A stretch of 64,000 nt of DNA from an uncultured delta proteobacterium (lineage in GTDB: Bacteria; Myxococcota_A; Polyangia; Fen-1088), in contig CAVTRY010000022.1 of the NCBI GenBank assembly GCA_963737265.1, positions 160,001 to 224,000 on the forward strand, written 5' to 3'. A model generated the notes under the pieces. It was not told the DNA's origin and ran no database searches. It saw nothing but the letters and a program-made list of their open reading frames with translations. The position numbers and the translations under genes were made by a program. This document shows, piece by piece, positions 41,467-51,283 of the stretch (positions within the stretch are counted from its first letter, which is position 1; the number at the start of each line of letters is the position of its first letter).

Positions 41467-42525
41467 TTAACCCCAGCGGAAGTAGCGTAAGCCGAGAAAG
41501 AACGCGGGCCCGCCCCACAGCGCGAGGATAAGCAGAGACGGCAACACGCCGACGATTCCGGCACCGTCGATCATGACCGCCCGCAAGCCGTCGCACATCG
41601 CAGTCAGGGGCAAGAGGCGAATCACGGGCTGCACCACATCGGGAAAATTGCTGGAGGAAAAGAACACGCCCGAGGTGATGAACATGGGCATCATCACCAG
41701 GTTCATGAGCCCGCTTACAGTCTCGGTGTTCTGGGCGCGGCTGGCAACGCCGATGGCGATGGACGCGAAACAGGCGCTGCCGCCGAAGGCCACCGCCAGC
41801 AACGCCAGATAGGAACCCGTCACCTGCACGCCGAAGAAGACGCGCGAGAACAGCAAGATAATGACGAGCTCGACGGGAATCACCACCAGTCGGGCGAGGC
41901 CGAGCGAAAACATGAGATGCCGCCGGCGCATCGGCGCGGCCAGCAGGCGCTTGAGCAACTTGCGTACGCGCATATGGACAACCACCCAGCCGATGCCCCA
42001 CATCGATCCCGACATCAGGTTCATGGCGATGAGACCCGGAATCAGAAAGTCGATGTAGCGCGAACCAGGCTCGTGCTCTTCCTCGTCGCGCACCGGGCGC
42101 GGTTCGCGCTGACCGGCAGCACGCTGCAAAACACCGTTGACAGTTGCGCGTGCGTTGCGCGACTCGGGCCGCGAGGGATCGAAACGATAGGTCAGCGCCT
42201 GCCCCGGCCCAGCCGGCGGAACCAGCAGCAAGCTCACGCGCCCGGCGCGCAGCTCGGTCGCCGCCGCGACGGCGTCGAGATCCTTGATTCGCACGTTGGC
42301 ATCGACCAGCGCCCGGTGCACCTCGGGCGAGGTTCCGGGTAGCACCGCCACCACCACCGCATCGGGGCCGCGCGCGCGAAAAGCAATCCCCAGCGCCAAC
42401 GACAGCACCACCGGAAAGCCGAAGGCCCAGAACAGAACGCCCGGTTCGCGTCCCATCTCGCGCAAACGCATAAGCGTGAGCTGGACGATTGGATGTGGGC
42501 GCGGGTTCGGCGAATCAGCTGTCAC
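41467..42525 (-). CDS. ABC-2 type exporter permease
   Basis: REPGVLFW, RYIDFLIPG, LKRLLAAP, SGVFF, LPLT. Confidence 0.9.
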   Translation of the reverse strand: MTADSPNPRPHPIVQLTLMRLREMGREPGVLFWAFGFPVVLSLALGIAFRARGPDAVVVAVLPGTSPEVHRALVDANVRIKDLDAVAAATELRAGRVSLLLVPPAGPGQALTYRFDPSRPESRNARATVNGVLQRAAGQREPRPVRDEEEHEPGSRYIDFLIPGLIAMNLMSGSMWGIGWVVVHMRVRKLLKRLLAAPMRRRHLMFSLGLARLVVIPVELVIILLFSRVFFGVQVTGSYLALLAVAFGGSACFASIAIGVASRAQNTETVSGLMNLVMMPMFITSGVFFSSSNFPDVVQPVIRLLPLTAMCDGLRAVMIDGAGIVGVLPSLLILALWGGPAFFLGLRYFRWG

Positions 42526-43498
42526 GCAAGTGCCTTCCGGTCAGGGCGACAAAGACGTCTTCGAGCGAGGCCTTGCGCGTTCCGAGGCGCGCGAGGCCGC
42601 AACCCTTGCGCTCGACCAGGGCCAGGGCCGCAGCTACTGCGTGCTCGGGCTCGGTGACGGCCAAGGACCAGACGCCCTCGGGCGACAGATGGGCTTCGCT
42701 GACCGAAGGCAGCGCGCGCAGCTCCTCGACGGCCAAACTTGCGGCAGCCACCCGTTCCAGCTCGAGCTCGACCACGTGGTTGCCAGGCAAGGCCGCAATG
42801 AGCTCGGCTGGCGTGCCAACCCGCACCAGCTTGCCATGGTCGACGATGGCCACGCGATCGCAGAGGCGTTCGGCTTCTTCCATGTAGTGGGTCGTGAGCA
42901 CCGCAGTCCCGCCGCGCGCCCGGTAGGAGGAAACCAAGCCCCACACCTGGCGTCGCGACTGCGGATCCAAGCCCGTCGTCGGCTCGTCGAGAAACAGCAC
43001 TTCGGGCTCGCCCACCATGGCGCACGCGATGGCGAGTCGCTGTCGCTGGCCACCCGACAACTTGCCCACCCACGCGCGCCGCTTTTCGTCCAACTCCACA
43101 TCGGCGAGCAGATCCGCCAGCGGCCGAGGCTTGCGATAGAAACTTCGAAACAGGGTGAGCAGCTCCTCAACCGTCAACTTCTCGGGCAGATGCGTCTCTT
43201 GCAAAGCCACGCCCACGCGCTCGCGCAGGTTGTCTTCGTCGGTGCGCCAGCCGAGGCCGAGCAGTTTCACTTCGCCAGCAGTGGGCTCCAGCAGTCCTTC
43301 AAGCATTTCCACGGTCGTGGTCTTGCCCGAGCCGTTCGGACCCAAGAGGCCAAAGCATTCGCCGCGCTGGATGGTCAGGTCGAGGCCATCCACCGCCACC
43401 ACCGACGGAGACTGCTTGCGGAAGAGGCCGAGCCTTCCATCGTAGACCTTGCGCAAGCCGTGGCACACAACCGCCGGGGCGCTTAGCTGCTGATTCAC
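42515..43498 (-). CDS. ABC exporter ATP-binding protein
   Basis: GPNGSGKTT, LSGGQRQ, FLDEPTTGLDP, TTHYMEEAE. Confidence 0.95.
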   Translation of the reverse strand: MNQQLSAPAVVCHGLRKVYDGRLGLFRKQSPSVVAVDGLDLTIQRGECFGLLGPNGSGKTTTVEMLEGLLEPTAGEVKLLGLGWRTDEDNLRERVGVALQETHLPEKLTVEELLTLFRSFYRKPRPLADLLADVELDEKRRAWVGKLSGGQRQRLAIACAMVGEPEVLFLDEPTTGLDPQSRRQVWGLVSSYRARGGTAVLTTHYMEEAERLCDRVAIVDHGKLVRVGTPAELIAALPGNHVVELELERVAAASLAVEELRALPSVSEAHLSPEGVWSLAVTEPEHAVAAALALVERKGCGLARLGTRKASLEDVFVALTGRHLRDS

Positions 43499-43706
43499 GT
43501 GCGATTTCTATAACGTGCCGCAACCGATCGCGCCACCCTCGAATGGCCGATCGCCAAGCGGAATGCGGGGGTGACCGTCGTATTGTTTCTATATCGTAAC
43601 TTAAAAGCGAACATACGGTTACTTCCGAGTGACATAAAGGAAAAGTCTATTGTCTTTATAAAACATGGACTTTTCTCGGATTTTTCGTACAGGCAACGTA
43701 GCAGAC

Positions 43707-45011
43707 ATGATCAATTCCGGTGACACCGCGTGGATCCTGGTTTCGTCTGCCCTGGTGCTGCTCATGCTCCCGGGCCTGGCCCTCTTCTACGGAGGTTTGG
43801 TTCGCACCAAGAACGTGCTGTCAACCTTCATGCACAGCTTCGTGGCGCTGGGCCTAGTGACGCTTCAATGGGTAGCGGTCGGGTACTCGCTTTCCTACGG
43901 TACCGATCACGGCGGCATCATCGGCGGCCTTTCCTACGCCTTCATGCGCGGCGTGGATCTGGCCCCGCGGCAGGGCGACAGCATTCCGCACCTGCTGTTC
44001 TTCGCCTATCAGATGATGTTCGCCATCATCACGCCGGCGCTCATCTCGGGTGCATTTGCCGAGCGCCTGAAGTTTTCCGCGTTTGTCCTTTTCACCCTGA
44101 TGTGGTCGACGCTGGTCTACGACCCGATCGCGCATTGGGTTTGGGGTAACGGCGGTTGGATGGCGACCATGGGCGTTCTCGACTTCGCCGGCGGCGTCGT
44201 CGTCCACGTCAGCTCGGGCGTGTCGGCCTTGGTGGTCGCGCTGGTCGTGGGCAAGCGCCTCGGCTTTCCCCGCGAGCGCAGCCTTCCACACAATCTGACT
44301 ATGGTGCTGCTCGGCGCTGGCATCCTGTGGTTCGGCTGGTTCGGTTTCAACGGCGGCAGCGCGCTCGGCGCCTCGGGCATCGCCGTCCTGGCGCTCGTCA
44401 ATTCGCAGCTGGCAGCCGCGGCCGGAGGCATGACCTGGCTCATCATCGACGTCATCCGCTACGGCAAGGCTTCGGCGCTTGGCTTCGCCTCCGGCCTCGT
44501 CGCGGGTCTGGCCACGGTCACACCTGCATCGGGCTACGTCGGTCCCATGGGCGCCATCGCTATCGGCATCGCGGCGGGCCTGGCCTGTTACGGCGCGGTC
44601 ATGCTGAAGGGCAAGCTCAACTACGACGACACCCTAGATGCTTTCGGCGTGCACGGCGTGGGCGGCGCGGTGGGCACACTTCTCCTCGGCGTGTTCGCGG
44701 CCAAGGCCTGGAACCCGGCCGGCGCCGATGGCCTGCTGGCCGGCAACAGCGCTTTCCTTGGCAAGCAGGCGGTGGCGGTGGTGGTCGCCATTGCCTACTC
44801 CGTCGCGGGGACCCTGCTGATTTTGAAGGTCGTCGATGCCCTGGTCGGACTTCGCGTCACGGCCGACGAAGAACGCGAGGGCCTCGACATCAACCTGCAC
44901 GGAGAAGAAGGCTACTCCATCGGAAGCTCGACCTATGGCCATTCTGACCTGGCCAGTGCGGCCGTCAGCGCCGAACCCGCGGCCAGGCCGAGCCCCGCCG
45001 TCGTGTCTTGA
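43707..45011 (+). CDS. amt: ammonium transporter
   Basis: GDTAW, GLALFYGG, FAIITPALISG, DFAGG, LWFGWFGFNGGS, DDTLDAFGVHG. Confidence 0.96.
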   Translation: MINSGDTAWILVSSALVLLMLPGLALFYGGLVRTKNVLSTFMHSFVALGLVTLQWVAVGYSLSYGTDHGGIIGGLSYAFMRGVDLAPRQGDSIPHLLFFAYQMMFAIITPALISGAFAERLKFSAFVLFTLMWSTLVYDPIAHWVWGNGGWMATMGVLDFAGGVVVHVSSGVSALVVALVVGKRLGFPRERSLPHNLTMVLLGAGILWFGWFGFNGGSALGASGIAVLALVNSQLAAAAGGMTWLIIDVIRYGKASALGFASGLVAGLATVTPASGYVGPMGAIAIGIAAGLACYGAVMLKGKLNYDDTLDAFGVHGVGGAVGTLLLGVFAAKAWNPAGADGLLAGNSAFLGKQAVAVVVAIAYSVAGTLLILKVVDALVGLRVTADEEREGLDINLHGEEGYSIGSSTYGHSDLASAAVSAEPAARPSPAVVS

Positions 45012-45018
45012 TGGCGAG

Positions 45019-46266
45019 CTAGTAGTCGTCGAGTGGAAGCGTAAACGCTGCCTCGGCCTCGGGAAGGCTCATTATTTGACTCAGGTAAGGCGAATAGGTC
45101 GACACGCGAATCTCCTTCTTGCCTGAGTCGAATTCCAGAATACGCAGATAGCCGAGGCCACAGGGGAGCCCATCTTTCGGGATCACTTGGTAGTCGGCCA
45201 TCATCTGATGGATGTGCGTTCCATCCGGTCGCACATCCGTCACCCGGCCCACGGCACCCAAGGTCAAATCGCCGAGCACGTGGCCGGAGAAGACGAGGCG
45301 GACGTTGGGATTGGGCACGATGAGCTTCTGATAGATCTCTTCACCGTCGTTAACGTCGGCTACTGGAACGTTGTTCCCAGCGGCATAGGTTTCGGCATAC
45401 CAATGCGGATCCCAATACTGGTTGATTTTGATGTTGGGGTCCGCCCAGTTGTAGCGAGCATCGCCGTCGAGAAAGGCGTGGGTCACGATAATAGCGGGAT
45501 AGGCGGCATAGGCCTTCAGGATGCCGTCTGCCCAGGTCAGCGCCCTGCTGCGCGGGCCCCATTCGAGACCGATTACCAGGTACTTGCGCGGACCGATATC
45601 GAGGAACGCATAGTTGTTTTCAATCTTGCCAGTCTCAAAGGTGCCGGCGATCCACGGCATGGTCTGCGGTGCGAAGTAGTTGTTGATGATGGTTCCGCGC
45701 ACGTTGAGGTCGCCATAGACGTCGTGGTTGCCGGGTACCAGAATGTAGGGAACGACGCCGTCCAGGGTGCGCATGGCAGCCTTGGCGTTCTTCCACTGGT
45801 CGACGCTGTCGTAGGTATCGACGATGTCGCCCACGTGGAGCACCGCCTGAATGTTGCGTGTCTGGGCCTGCGCAGCGATCCAGGCCGTCTGCGCGGTGTA
45901 GATGTCGGGAAACCAAGCAGCATAGTATTGCGTGTCGGGCAGGACGATCACGGTCGACGGCCGACTGCCAACACTCTCGCCGCCATCCATGGCTGGACCT
46001 GCATCCAGACCCTCGCTCGGCCCCGTATCCAGTCCGAAGCCAGAGCCATCCCAAGCTTCGCTCAACGTGGCATCACCTGAAGCGTCGTCGCCAACGTCGG
46101 TGACCAGTTGAGCCTCTGGCTGTTGTTCCTGAGGCTCGGCGTCAAGCTGATCCCCCGCATCGAACACCACCCAGCTCTTCCCAGTGTCGGATCCGCAGCC
46201 GAGAAGCCCGACCACCACGACGGCAGCGAGAACTGACGTCGCTAATCTAGAATGAAGCCTATGCAT
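45019..46266 (-). CDS. metallophosphoesterase lipoprotein
   Basis: Lipobox LLGC; LPDTQ, HVGDIVD, PGNHD, VTH, FSGH. Confidence 0.85.
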   Translation of the reverse strand: MHRLHSRLATSVLAAVVVVGLLGCGSDTGKSWVVFDAGDQLDAEPQEQQPEAQLVTDVGDDASGDATLSEAWDGSGFGLDTGPSEGLDAGPAMDGGESVGSRPSTVIVLPDTQYYAAWFPDIYTAQTAWIAAQAQTRNIQAVLHVGDIVDTYDSVDQWKNAKAAMRTLDGVVPYILVPGNHDVYGDLNVRGTIINNYFAPQTMPWIAGTFETGKIENNYAFLDIGPRKYLVIGLEWGPRSRALTWADGILKAYAAYPAIIVTHAFLDGDARYNWADPNIKINQYWDPHWYAETYAAGNNVPVADVNDGEEIYQKLIVPNPNVRLVFSGHVLGDLTLGAVGRVTDVRPDGTHIHQMMADYQVIPKDGLPCGLGYLRILEFDSGKKEIRVSTYSPYLSQIMSLPEAEAAFTLPLDDY

Positions 46267-46332
46267 CCACAACCAGTATGCATGGGACTCCGCTGCTGAC
46301 AACCCGAGGCGCTGCGATCACACGCCGAAGAA

Positions 46333-47076
46333 CTACAAATCAAACGACTGGGTTCCTAGATCGATGTCCGTGTTGCTCGGAACGGCAACCGTTGCTCCCG
46401 GAAGGTTGACGATGGCCTGACCCGAGGCGTCGACGAGAAGGAGCTGCCACACGACGCTCGTGGCGCCAGAAGGGATTGGAAAACTCGTGCCAGCGGAGAC
46501 GGTGGTGCAATCAAAACGACTCGTGATCGGCGTGGAGCTGCCGCCAACCGTGAATTCAAGGTCGACATATTGCGCCCCCATCGCGGCACAGGTCGTGGAT
46601 ACCCCTTGAGAATAGACTGCCCAGTCGACCAGGAGTGACCTCACGAAGAAGGGAGGGGTCGCGTTTCTGAAGTCGTTGGTGCCCGCGTACAGCTGATAGG
46701 TGGACGAGCCGTCGAAACTATCCAGCAGCGTCGTGGCGTTGCCGTAGGTCTTCGGATCGCCGTCGAGATCAAGCCGCACCGCGTAGTTGCCCGCGGGAAC
46801 AGAAGGCGTCGACACCTGCCTCAGCGAGCAGCTGAACGGGTTCTGATAAACGTCGCCGGTCGCCTGGTTCGTCAAGGTCAGAACGACTTGCGACGCGCCC
46901 ACCTCGGGACACGTCAGGGGGCTCTTCTGGGCGGTATCCTCGATATCGCAGATGCTCCACTGAAAGCTGGCGGAGGCGCCGCTCGATGAGCTTCCGCATC
47001 CAGCCAGCGCGAGCGCTGCAGCAGTGGTGGCCAGAAAGCCGGCGAAGTGACTGTGACGGGTACCGGTGGCGAGCAT
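46333..47076 (-). CDS. hypothetical lipoprotein with two internal repeat domains
   Basis: Lipobox LAGC; repeated W...TCxxxGAxxV...FxC modules. Confidence 0.7.
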   Translation of the reverse strand: MLATGTRHSHFAGFLATTAAALALAGCGSSSSGASASFQWSICDIEDTAQKSPLTCPEVGASQVVLTLTNQATGDVYQNPFSCSLRQVSTPSVPAGNYAVRLDLDGDPKTYGNATTLLDSFDGSSTYQLYAGTNDFRNATPPFFVRSLLVDWAVYSQGVSTTCAAMGAQYVDLEFTVGGSSTPITSRFDCTTVSAGTSFPIPSGATSVVWQLLLVDASGQAIVNLPGATVAVPSNTDIDLGTQSFDL

Positions 47077-47133
47077 AAGGACTTCCTCGGACTTGTCTAT
47101 CGTACAGATAGACGCTCGTCGCGTCGAACTGAT

Positions 47134-47946
47134 TCACTGGCTTTCGCTGCTAGACCAGACCCGCGCGGTCCACGTCAAGCCGAGCCGTACCTCCCAGACC
47201 TGCGCGCCGGCGGCACGCGCCGCGCGCCCCGCCAGGTCGAAGACGAAGTCCCGGCTGTGCACCCACAGGATGCCGAGCAATGCCGAGTATTCGCTGCTGC
47301 CGCTTACCACGCGATCGACGAAAAACTCCGCCACCGGGCGCGCGACGATCCTCTTGTTGCCCTCGACGATCACGCCGCTGAAAAGCTCCAGCCGGTGGTC
47401 GCGATTGCCGGCGATCGACTCGTTGAAGTGAACGGCGGCCCGATCGCTGGCGAGCGAGACGATGGTGTTGGCCTGGGAACCAAAACCCGTGCTCGCGCCA
47501 GATTCGGGCAAAAGCACGCCCGCCTCGATAGCGACGCTTGGGCCGAAGCCGCCTTGCAGGCACCCCCGTCGCAAGAGAACCTTCGCGAGCACATCGGTGT
47601 CGCGCAGGCGGACGCGATGACCGCCCACCTCGGGCTCGCGCAGAGCAATGAAATTCTTGAAGTCGGCGACCAGCTCCAGACGCTGGACGAGGCCAAGGTT
47701 GAGCACCGTCGCCGGCACGATCAGAAAGTTTGAGTTGTCCTCGCGCAAGTAGTGCAGCGGCCCCAGCTCCAGCTCGAATTCACCTACATCCGCGACGTCG
47801 GCGTCGGTTCCGTCGAAAGGGCGGTACGCGTGTGCCGCACTCGGAAAGCCGGCGAGAATCGCGCCGAGGGCGAAAAGCATCGCCCAGCCCAAAGCCCGTG
47901 CGCGACGGTGTCTCGGAAGGATGGAACCGGGTGCGCGCGCGCCCAT
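47134..47946 (-). CDS. hypothetical secreted/outer-membrane beta-barrel protein
   Basis: Signal peptide ending AHA, then YRPFDGTDADVA, alternating beta strands, terminal RLGLTW. Confidence 0.65.
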   Translation of the reverse strand: MGARAPGSILPRHRRARALGWAMLFALGAILAGFPSAAHAYRPFDGTDADVADVGEFELELGPLHYLREDNSNFLIVPATVLNLGLVQRLELVADFKNFIALREPEVGGHRVRLRDTDVLAKVLLRRGCLQGGFGPSVAIEAGVLLPESGASTGFGSQANTIVSLASDRAAVHFNESIAGNRDHRLELFSGVIVEGNKRIVARPVAEFFVDRVVSGSSEYSALLGILWVHSRDFVFDLAGRAARAAGAQVWEVRLGLTWTARVWSSSESQ

Positions 47947-48953
47947 CAGCGCGCCGGCGAGAGCAACAGCACGCCACCGTGGCTCGGGTCGCCCACCACC
48001 GCCGCGCCATCCGCAGCTACCACGACGCAGCGGCCGCCCGCCGCCGTCGCGGCGGAGCCAAGCACGGTGAGCACGCCGCTGTCGCTGACATGAGCGACGG
48101 TCAGCCTCGCCGCCTTTCCCGCGGCGACGTAGAGGCTGTGCCGAGTGTCGAGGTAGTCGATGTTGTCGACCCCCGCGCCGGTTTCCAGCTTCGACAGAAT
48201 CGCCCCGTCGTGGGCCGCGTCCAAAACCTCGACGTGATCCGTGCACGCCACGAAGAGGAATTGTTTGACGGGATCGTAGGCCAGACCACGCGGGCCGTCT
48301 TGGCCACAGCGGGCCTCCCAGGTTTTCATCACTCGGTGCGACCGAACGTCGATGACCAGGGTCTTGTCCTTATCTTCGAGGTTGGTGAAAAACAACCCGC
48401 GGCCCTCGTCCACAGCGTAGCCTTCGGGCTCGCCAGGAAGGGCGATGCGCGACTTCTGCGTCGGCCGGCGGGCGTTGCTGGCATCCACGACGGTGATGGA
48501 CTGGTCGCGCGGCGTGGTGACCCAGACCTCCTTGGTCGCGGCCACGTACTGCACACCGTCGGTCGGCACCGTCAGGGCGACGCAGGCGAGCTTGGCCAGC
48601 TTGCGCGCGTCGATGGCACAAATTTCCGAGTTGGCGCGATTGCCGACGTAGGCGATGCCGTCACCCAAGCTCACCGCACTCGGGCCGAGAGACCGCGACT
48701 TCCCCCGTATCTCGCGCGTCGCCGTTGCGAAGCCCTCCATGCGGGTCACCTTCTTCGTTGCGACGTCGAGAACGTCCACGCTTCCGGTATCTCCGGCCGG
48801 GATCCACACGCGGCCGCTCGACCGATCGACGGCGAAATAGTCGAGGGCGACGGTCCCATTTGCCCCAGGTAGGGAAATTGCGGCGCTGGACAAATGCAAC
48901 GTGGGCGGAGCCTCCGCGGCCAGTAAGATCTGCAAAAGCAACACCGTCGTCAT
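47946..48953 (-). CDS. YncE-like beta-propeller protein
   Basis: Repeated blades (DYFAVD, YVGN, PEGYAVD, PRGLAYDP, GVDNIDY). TGATG coupling to the next gene. Confidence 0.75.
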   Translation of the reverse strand: MTTVLLLQILLAAEAPPTLHLSSAAISLPGANGTVALDYFAVDRSSGRVWIPAGDTGSVDVLDVATKKVTRMEGFATATREIRGKSRSLGPSAVSLGDGIAYVGNRANSEICAIDARKLAKLACVALTVPTDGVQYVAATKEVWVTTPRDQSITVVDASNARRPTQKSRIALPGEPEGYAVDEGRGLFFTNLEDKDKTLVIDVRSHRVMKTWEARCGQDGPRGLAYDPVKQFLFVACTDHVEVLDAAHDGAILSKLETGAGVDNIDYLDTRHSLYVAAGKAARLTVAHVSDSGVLTVLGSAATAAGGRCVVVAADGAAVVGDPSHGGVLLLSPAR

Positions 48954-49052
48954 CGCCGAAGGTTCTACGAACCTCGCGAGCGAGATGCAATGGGGGCGTC
49001 GGGTGCGAAGGAAGATGCGACGGAAAACCGCCGCTGAGGTAATCTTCGTCCC

Positions 49053-49592
49053 ATGCGGCAGCCCATTCCGCTTCGACGCCGGCCCCTCGATATCGGCCTG
49101 TTGGGATTCTTCGTTTTCAATTTGTTTTTCGTGAGCTACGTCATCAGTCTTGAACAGATTGTGATCGCCAATCCGGCGTCCTTCGTTCCGCCCCCCTGGC
49201 CACCGCGGGCCGCGATCGCACTCATTCACTGGTGGGAGAAAAGCTACGATCCGCTGCTGTGGGCGCGCCCGGCTTGGTACCGCGCGACCATTTGGATCGA
49301 CGTTTTGCTCTTTGGCCCGTTCTACGCCGCCGCGATCGTTGCCTACGGTCGCGGTCGCGATTGGATCCGCTTGCCCAGTATCCTGTGGGCTGGGCTCATG
49401 TTCGCCAACGTGACCATCATTGTTTTCGACGAGCTGCTGGGCGTGCACGCGTCGCCGCACCCGTGGGTGGCCGTGGGCGCAAATGCGTCGTGGTTCCTGG
49501 TGCCCATCATCGTGGTGTGGCGCATGGCGGGTCGCGCGCACCCATTCACTGAAGATCTTCCGCCAGCAGCGATTGCCAGGGGTGCAGTGTGA
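49053..49592 (+). CDS. EXPERA-domain (EBP/TMEM97-like) membrane protein
   Basis: Four TM helices; YDPLL..RPAW....W.D....PFY and N..W..VP. Confidence 0.75.
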   Translation: MRQPIPLRRRPLDIGLLGFFVFNLFFVSYVISLEQIVIANPASFVPPPWPPRAAIALIHWWEKSYDPLLWARPAWYRATIWIDVLLFGPFYAAAIVAYGRGRDWIRLPSILWAGLMFANVTIIVFDELLGVHASPHPWVAVGANASWFLVPIIVVWRMAGRAHPFTEDLPPAAIARGAV

Positions 49593-50374
49593 CCTTTCGC
49601 GAACGATACGGCCCTTGGGGGCTCGTCGCCGGTGCCTCGGTTGGGCTCGGCGAAGCGTTCGCGCGCCAGCTTGCTGGCCGCGGCGTGAATCTGCTGCTGG
49701 TGGCGCGGCGCCAGGATGCCCTCGACCATCTGGCGGTCGGTCTGCGTGCCACGCACGGAATCGACGTGCGCACCCTAGCCGCGGACTTGGCGCGGCCGGA
49801 TCTCAAGACCGTGGTGCAAGACTTCGTCGCGGGTCTCGACATTGGCATGCTGGTCTACAACGCTGCGCACTCGGTCATCGGCCCATTTCTCGATCATTCT
49901 ATCGAAGATCACCTGCGCGTTGTGGACGTCAATTGTCGGGGGCCACTGCTACTTTCCCATCTACTCGGTAGCGCCATGGCCCGGCGCGGGCGCGGCGGCA
50001 TCGTGCTCATGACCTCCACGGCGGGTTCGCAAGGCGGGCCATGGATCTCCTCGTACGCGGCGTCGAAGGCGTTCAACCTGATTTTGGCCGAGGCATTGTG
50101 GGACGAGCTGGCCACGAGCGGGGTTCACGTGGTCGCCTGTCGCGCGGGTGCGACGCGCACGCCCGGCTACCAAGCATCGAAGCCACGCCCGAGCCGCGTT
50201 CCACTCCTAGAACCGAGCTTCGTCGCGGACAAAGCACTCGCGGCCCTTGGCTGCGGGCCGAGCGTCGTTCCGGGGTTCTTCTATCGCTGGTCGGCCTTCG
50301 TCATGCAAAGGCTGCTGCCCCGCCGAACAACAATTCGAGTCATGGGCAGAGCGACACGCAAACTCTATGGCTAG
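49589..50374 (+). CDS. SDR oxidoreductase (17beta-HSD12/ketoacyl-reductase-like)
   Basis: YGPWGLVAGASVGLG, LVARR, YNAA, YAASK. GTGA overlap with the EXPERA gene. Confidence 0.9.
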   Translation: MTFRERYGPWGLVAGASVGLGEAFARQLAGRGVNLLLVARRQDALDHLAVGLRATHGIDVRTLAADLARPDLKTVVQDFVAGLDIGMLVYNAAHSVIGPFLDHSIEDHLRVVDVNCRGPLLLSHLLGSAMARRGRGGIVLMTSTAGSQGGPWISSYAASKAFNLILAEALWDELATSGVHVVACRAGATRTPGYQASKPRPSRVPLLEPSFVADKALAALGCGPSVVPGFFYRWSAFVMQRLLPRRTTIRVMGRATRKLYG

Positions 50375-50383
50375 TCGTTGTCC

Positions 50384-51262
50384 ATGCTAGCCATGAAATC
50401 CAAGCGCGGCGGGCAGGTGTTCGTCGTTGTCGCGTATGTTGCGGCGTTATTGGCGGCGCTTGCGGTCGGCCGCGCAATTTCCGGCAAACACCCCATTCTG
50501 ATCGCAGCCGCTGGCGATTTCGTCGCCACGGTCGTCCTATTCTTCTTCAGCGTGCTTCTCAACAATTCCAGCGTCTACGATCCCTATTGGAGCGTGGCGC
50601 CCTTCCCCGTTACCCTGTATTGGACAGTGGCCGCGCCGCCCGGAGCGTTCGGCCTGCGCCAGGCACTGATTCTTGCCCTGGTGGCGGTCTGGGGCTGCCG
50701 CCTCACCGCCAACTGGGCGCTGCGCTGGCGCGGTCCCGCCGACGAGGACTTTCGCTACGTCGAAATCCGTGGCAAGACCGGACGCGCTTACTGGCCCGCG
50801 AGTTTCGCTGCGATTCACCTGATGCCGACGATTTGGGTGTTCTTGGGCCTCCTGCCGCTCTACCCAGCGCTTACGCAATCGGGTTTCGCAATCGGGGACA
50901 TCGCCGCCGCGTTCATTGCGGCTCTGGCTATCGCCAGCGAAACCATCGCCGACCATCAGCTACGAAAATTCCTGCGTTCGCCTCGCAAGCCCGGCGCCGT
51001 GCTCGATGCCGGCCTGTGGTCGCTGTGCCGCCACCCGAACTATTTTGGCGAGATCCTATTTTGGTGGAGCCTTTTCCTTTTCGGTGTCGCCGCCAATCCC
51101 GGCTGGCTGTGGTCGGCGGTTGGGCCGCTTGCCATCACCCTGCTCTTCGTCTTCGTCAGCGTGCCGTGGATGGACAGGCGCATGGCTTCTCGCCATGCCG
51201 CTTGGGCCGCGCATATGAAGAAAACACCGGCTCTTCTTCCTCGTCCTTGGTCATTGTCCTAG
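50384..51262 (+). CDS. DUF1295 / steroid 5-alpha-reductase family membrane protein
   Basis: NSSVYDPYWS, WGCRL, EDFRY, ADHQL, GLWSLCRHPNYFGE. Confidence 0.88.
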   Translation: MLAMKSKRGGQVFVVVAYVAALLAALAVGRAISGKHPILIAAAGDFVATVVLFFFSVLLNNSSVYDPYWSVAPFPVTLYWTVAAPPGAFGLRQALILALVAVWGCRLTANWALRWRGPADEDFRYVEIRGKTGRAYWPASFAAIHLMPTIWVFLGLLPLYPALTQSGFAIGDIAAAFIAALAIASETIADHQLRKFLRSPRKPGAVLDAGLWSLCRHPNYFGEILFWWSLFLFGVAANPGWLWSAVGPLAITLLFVFVSVPWMDRRMASRHAAWAAHMKKTPALLPRPWSLS

Positions 51263-51283
51263 AGCGCCAACCCGTTCGGTGCT

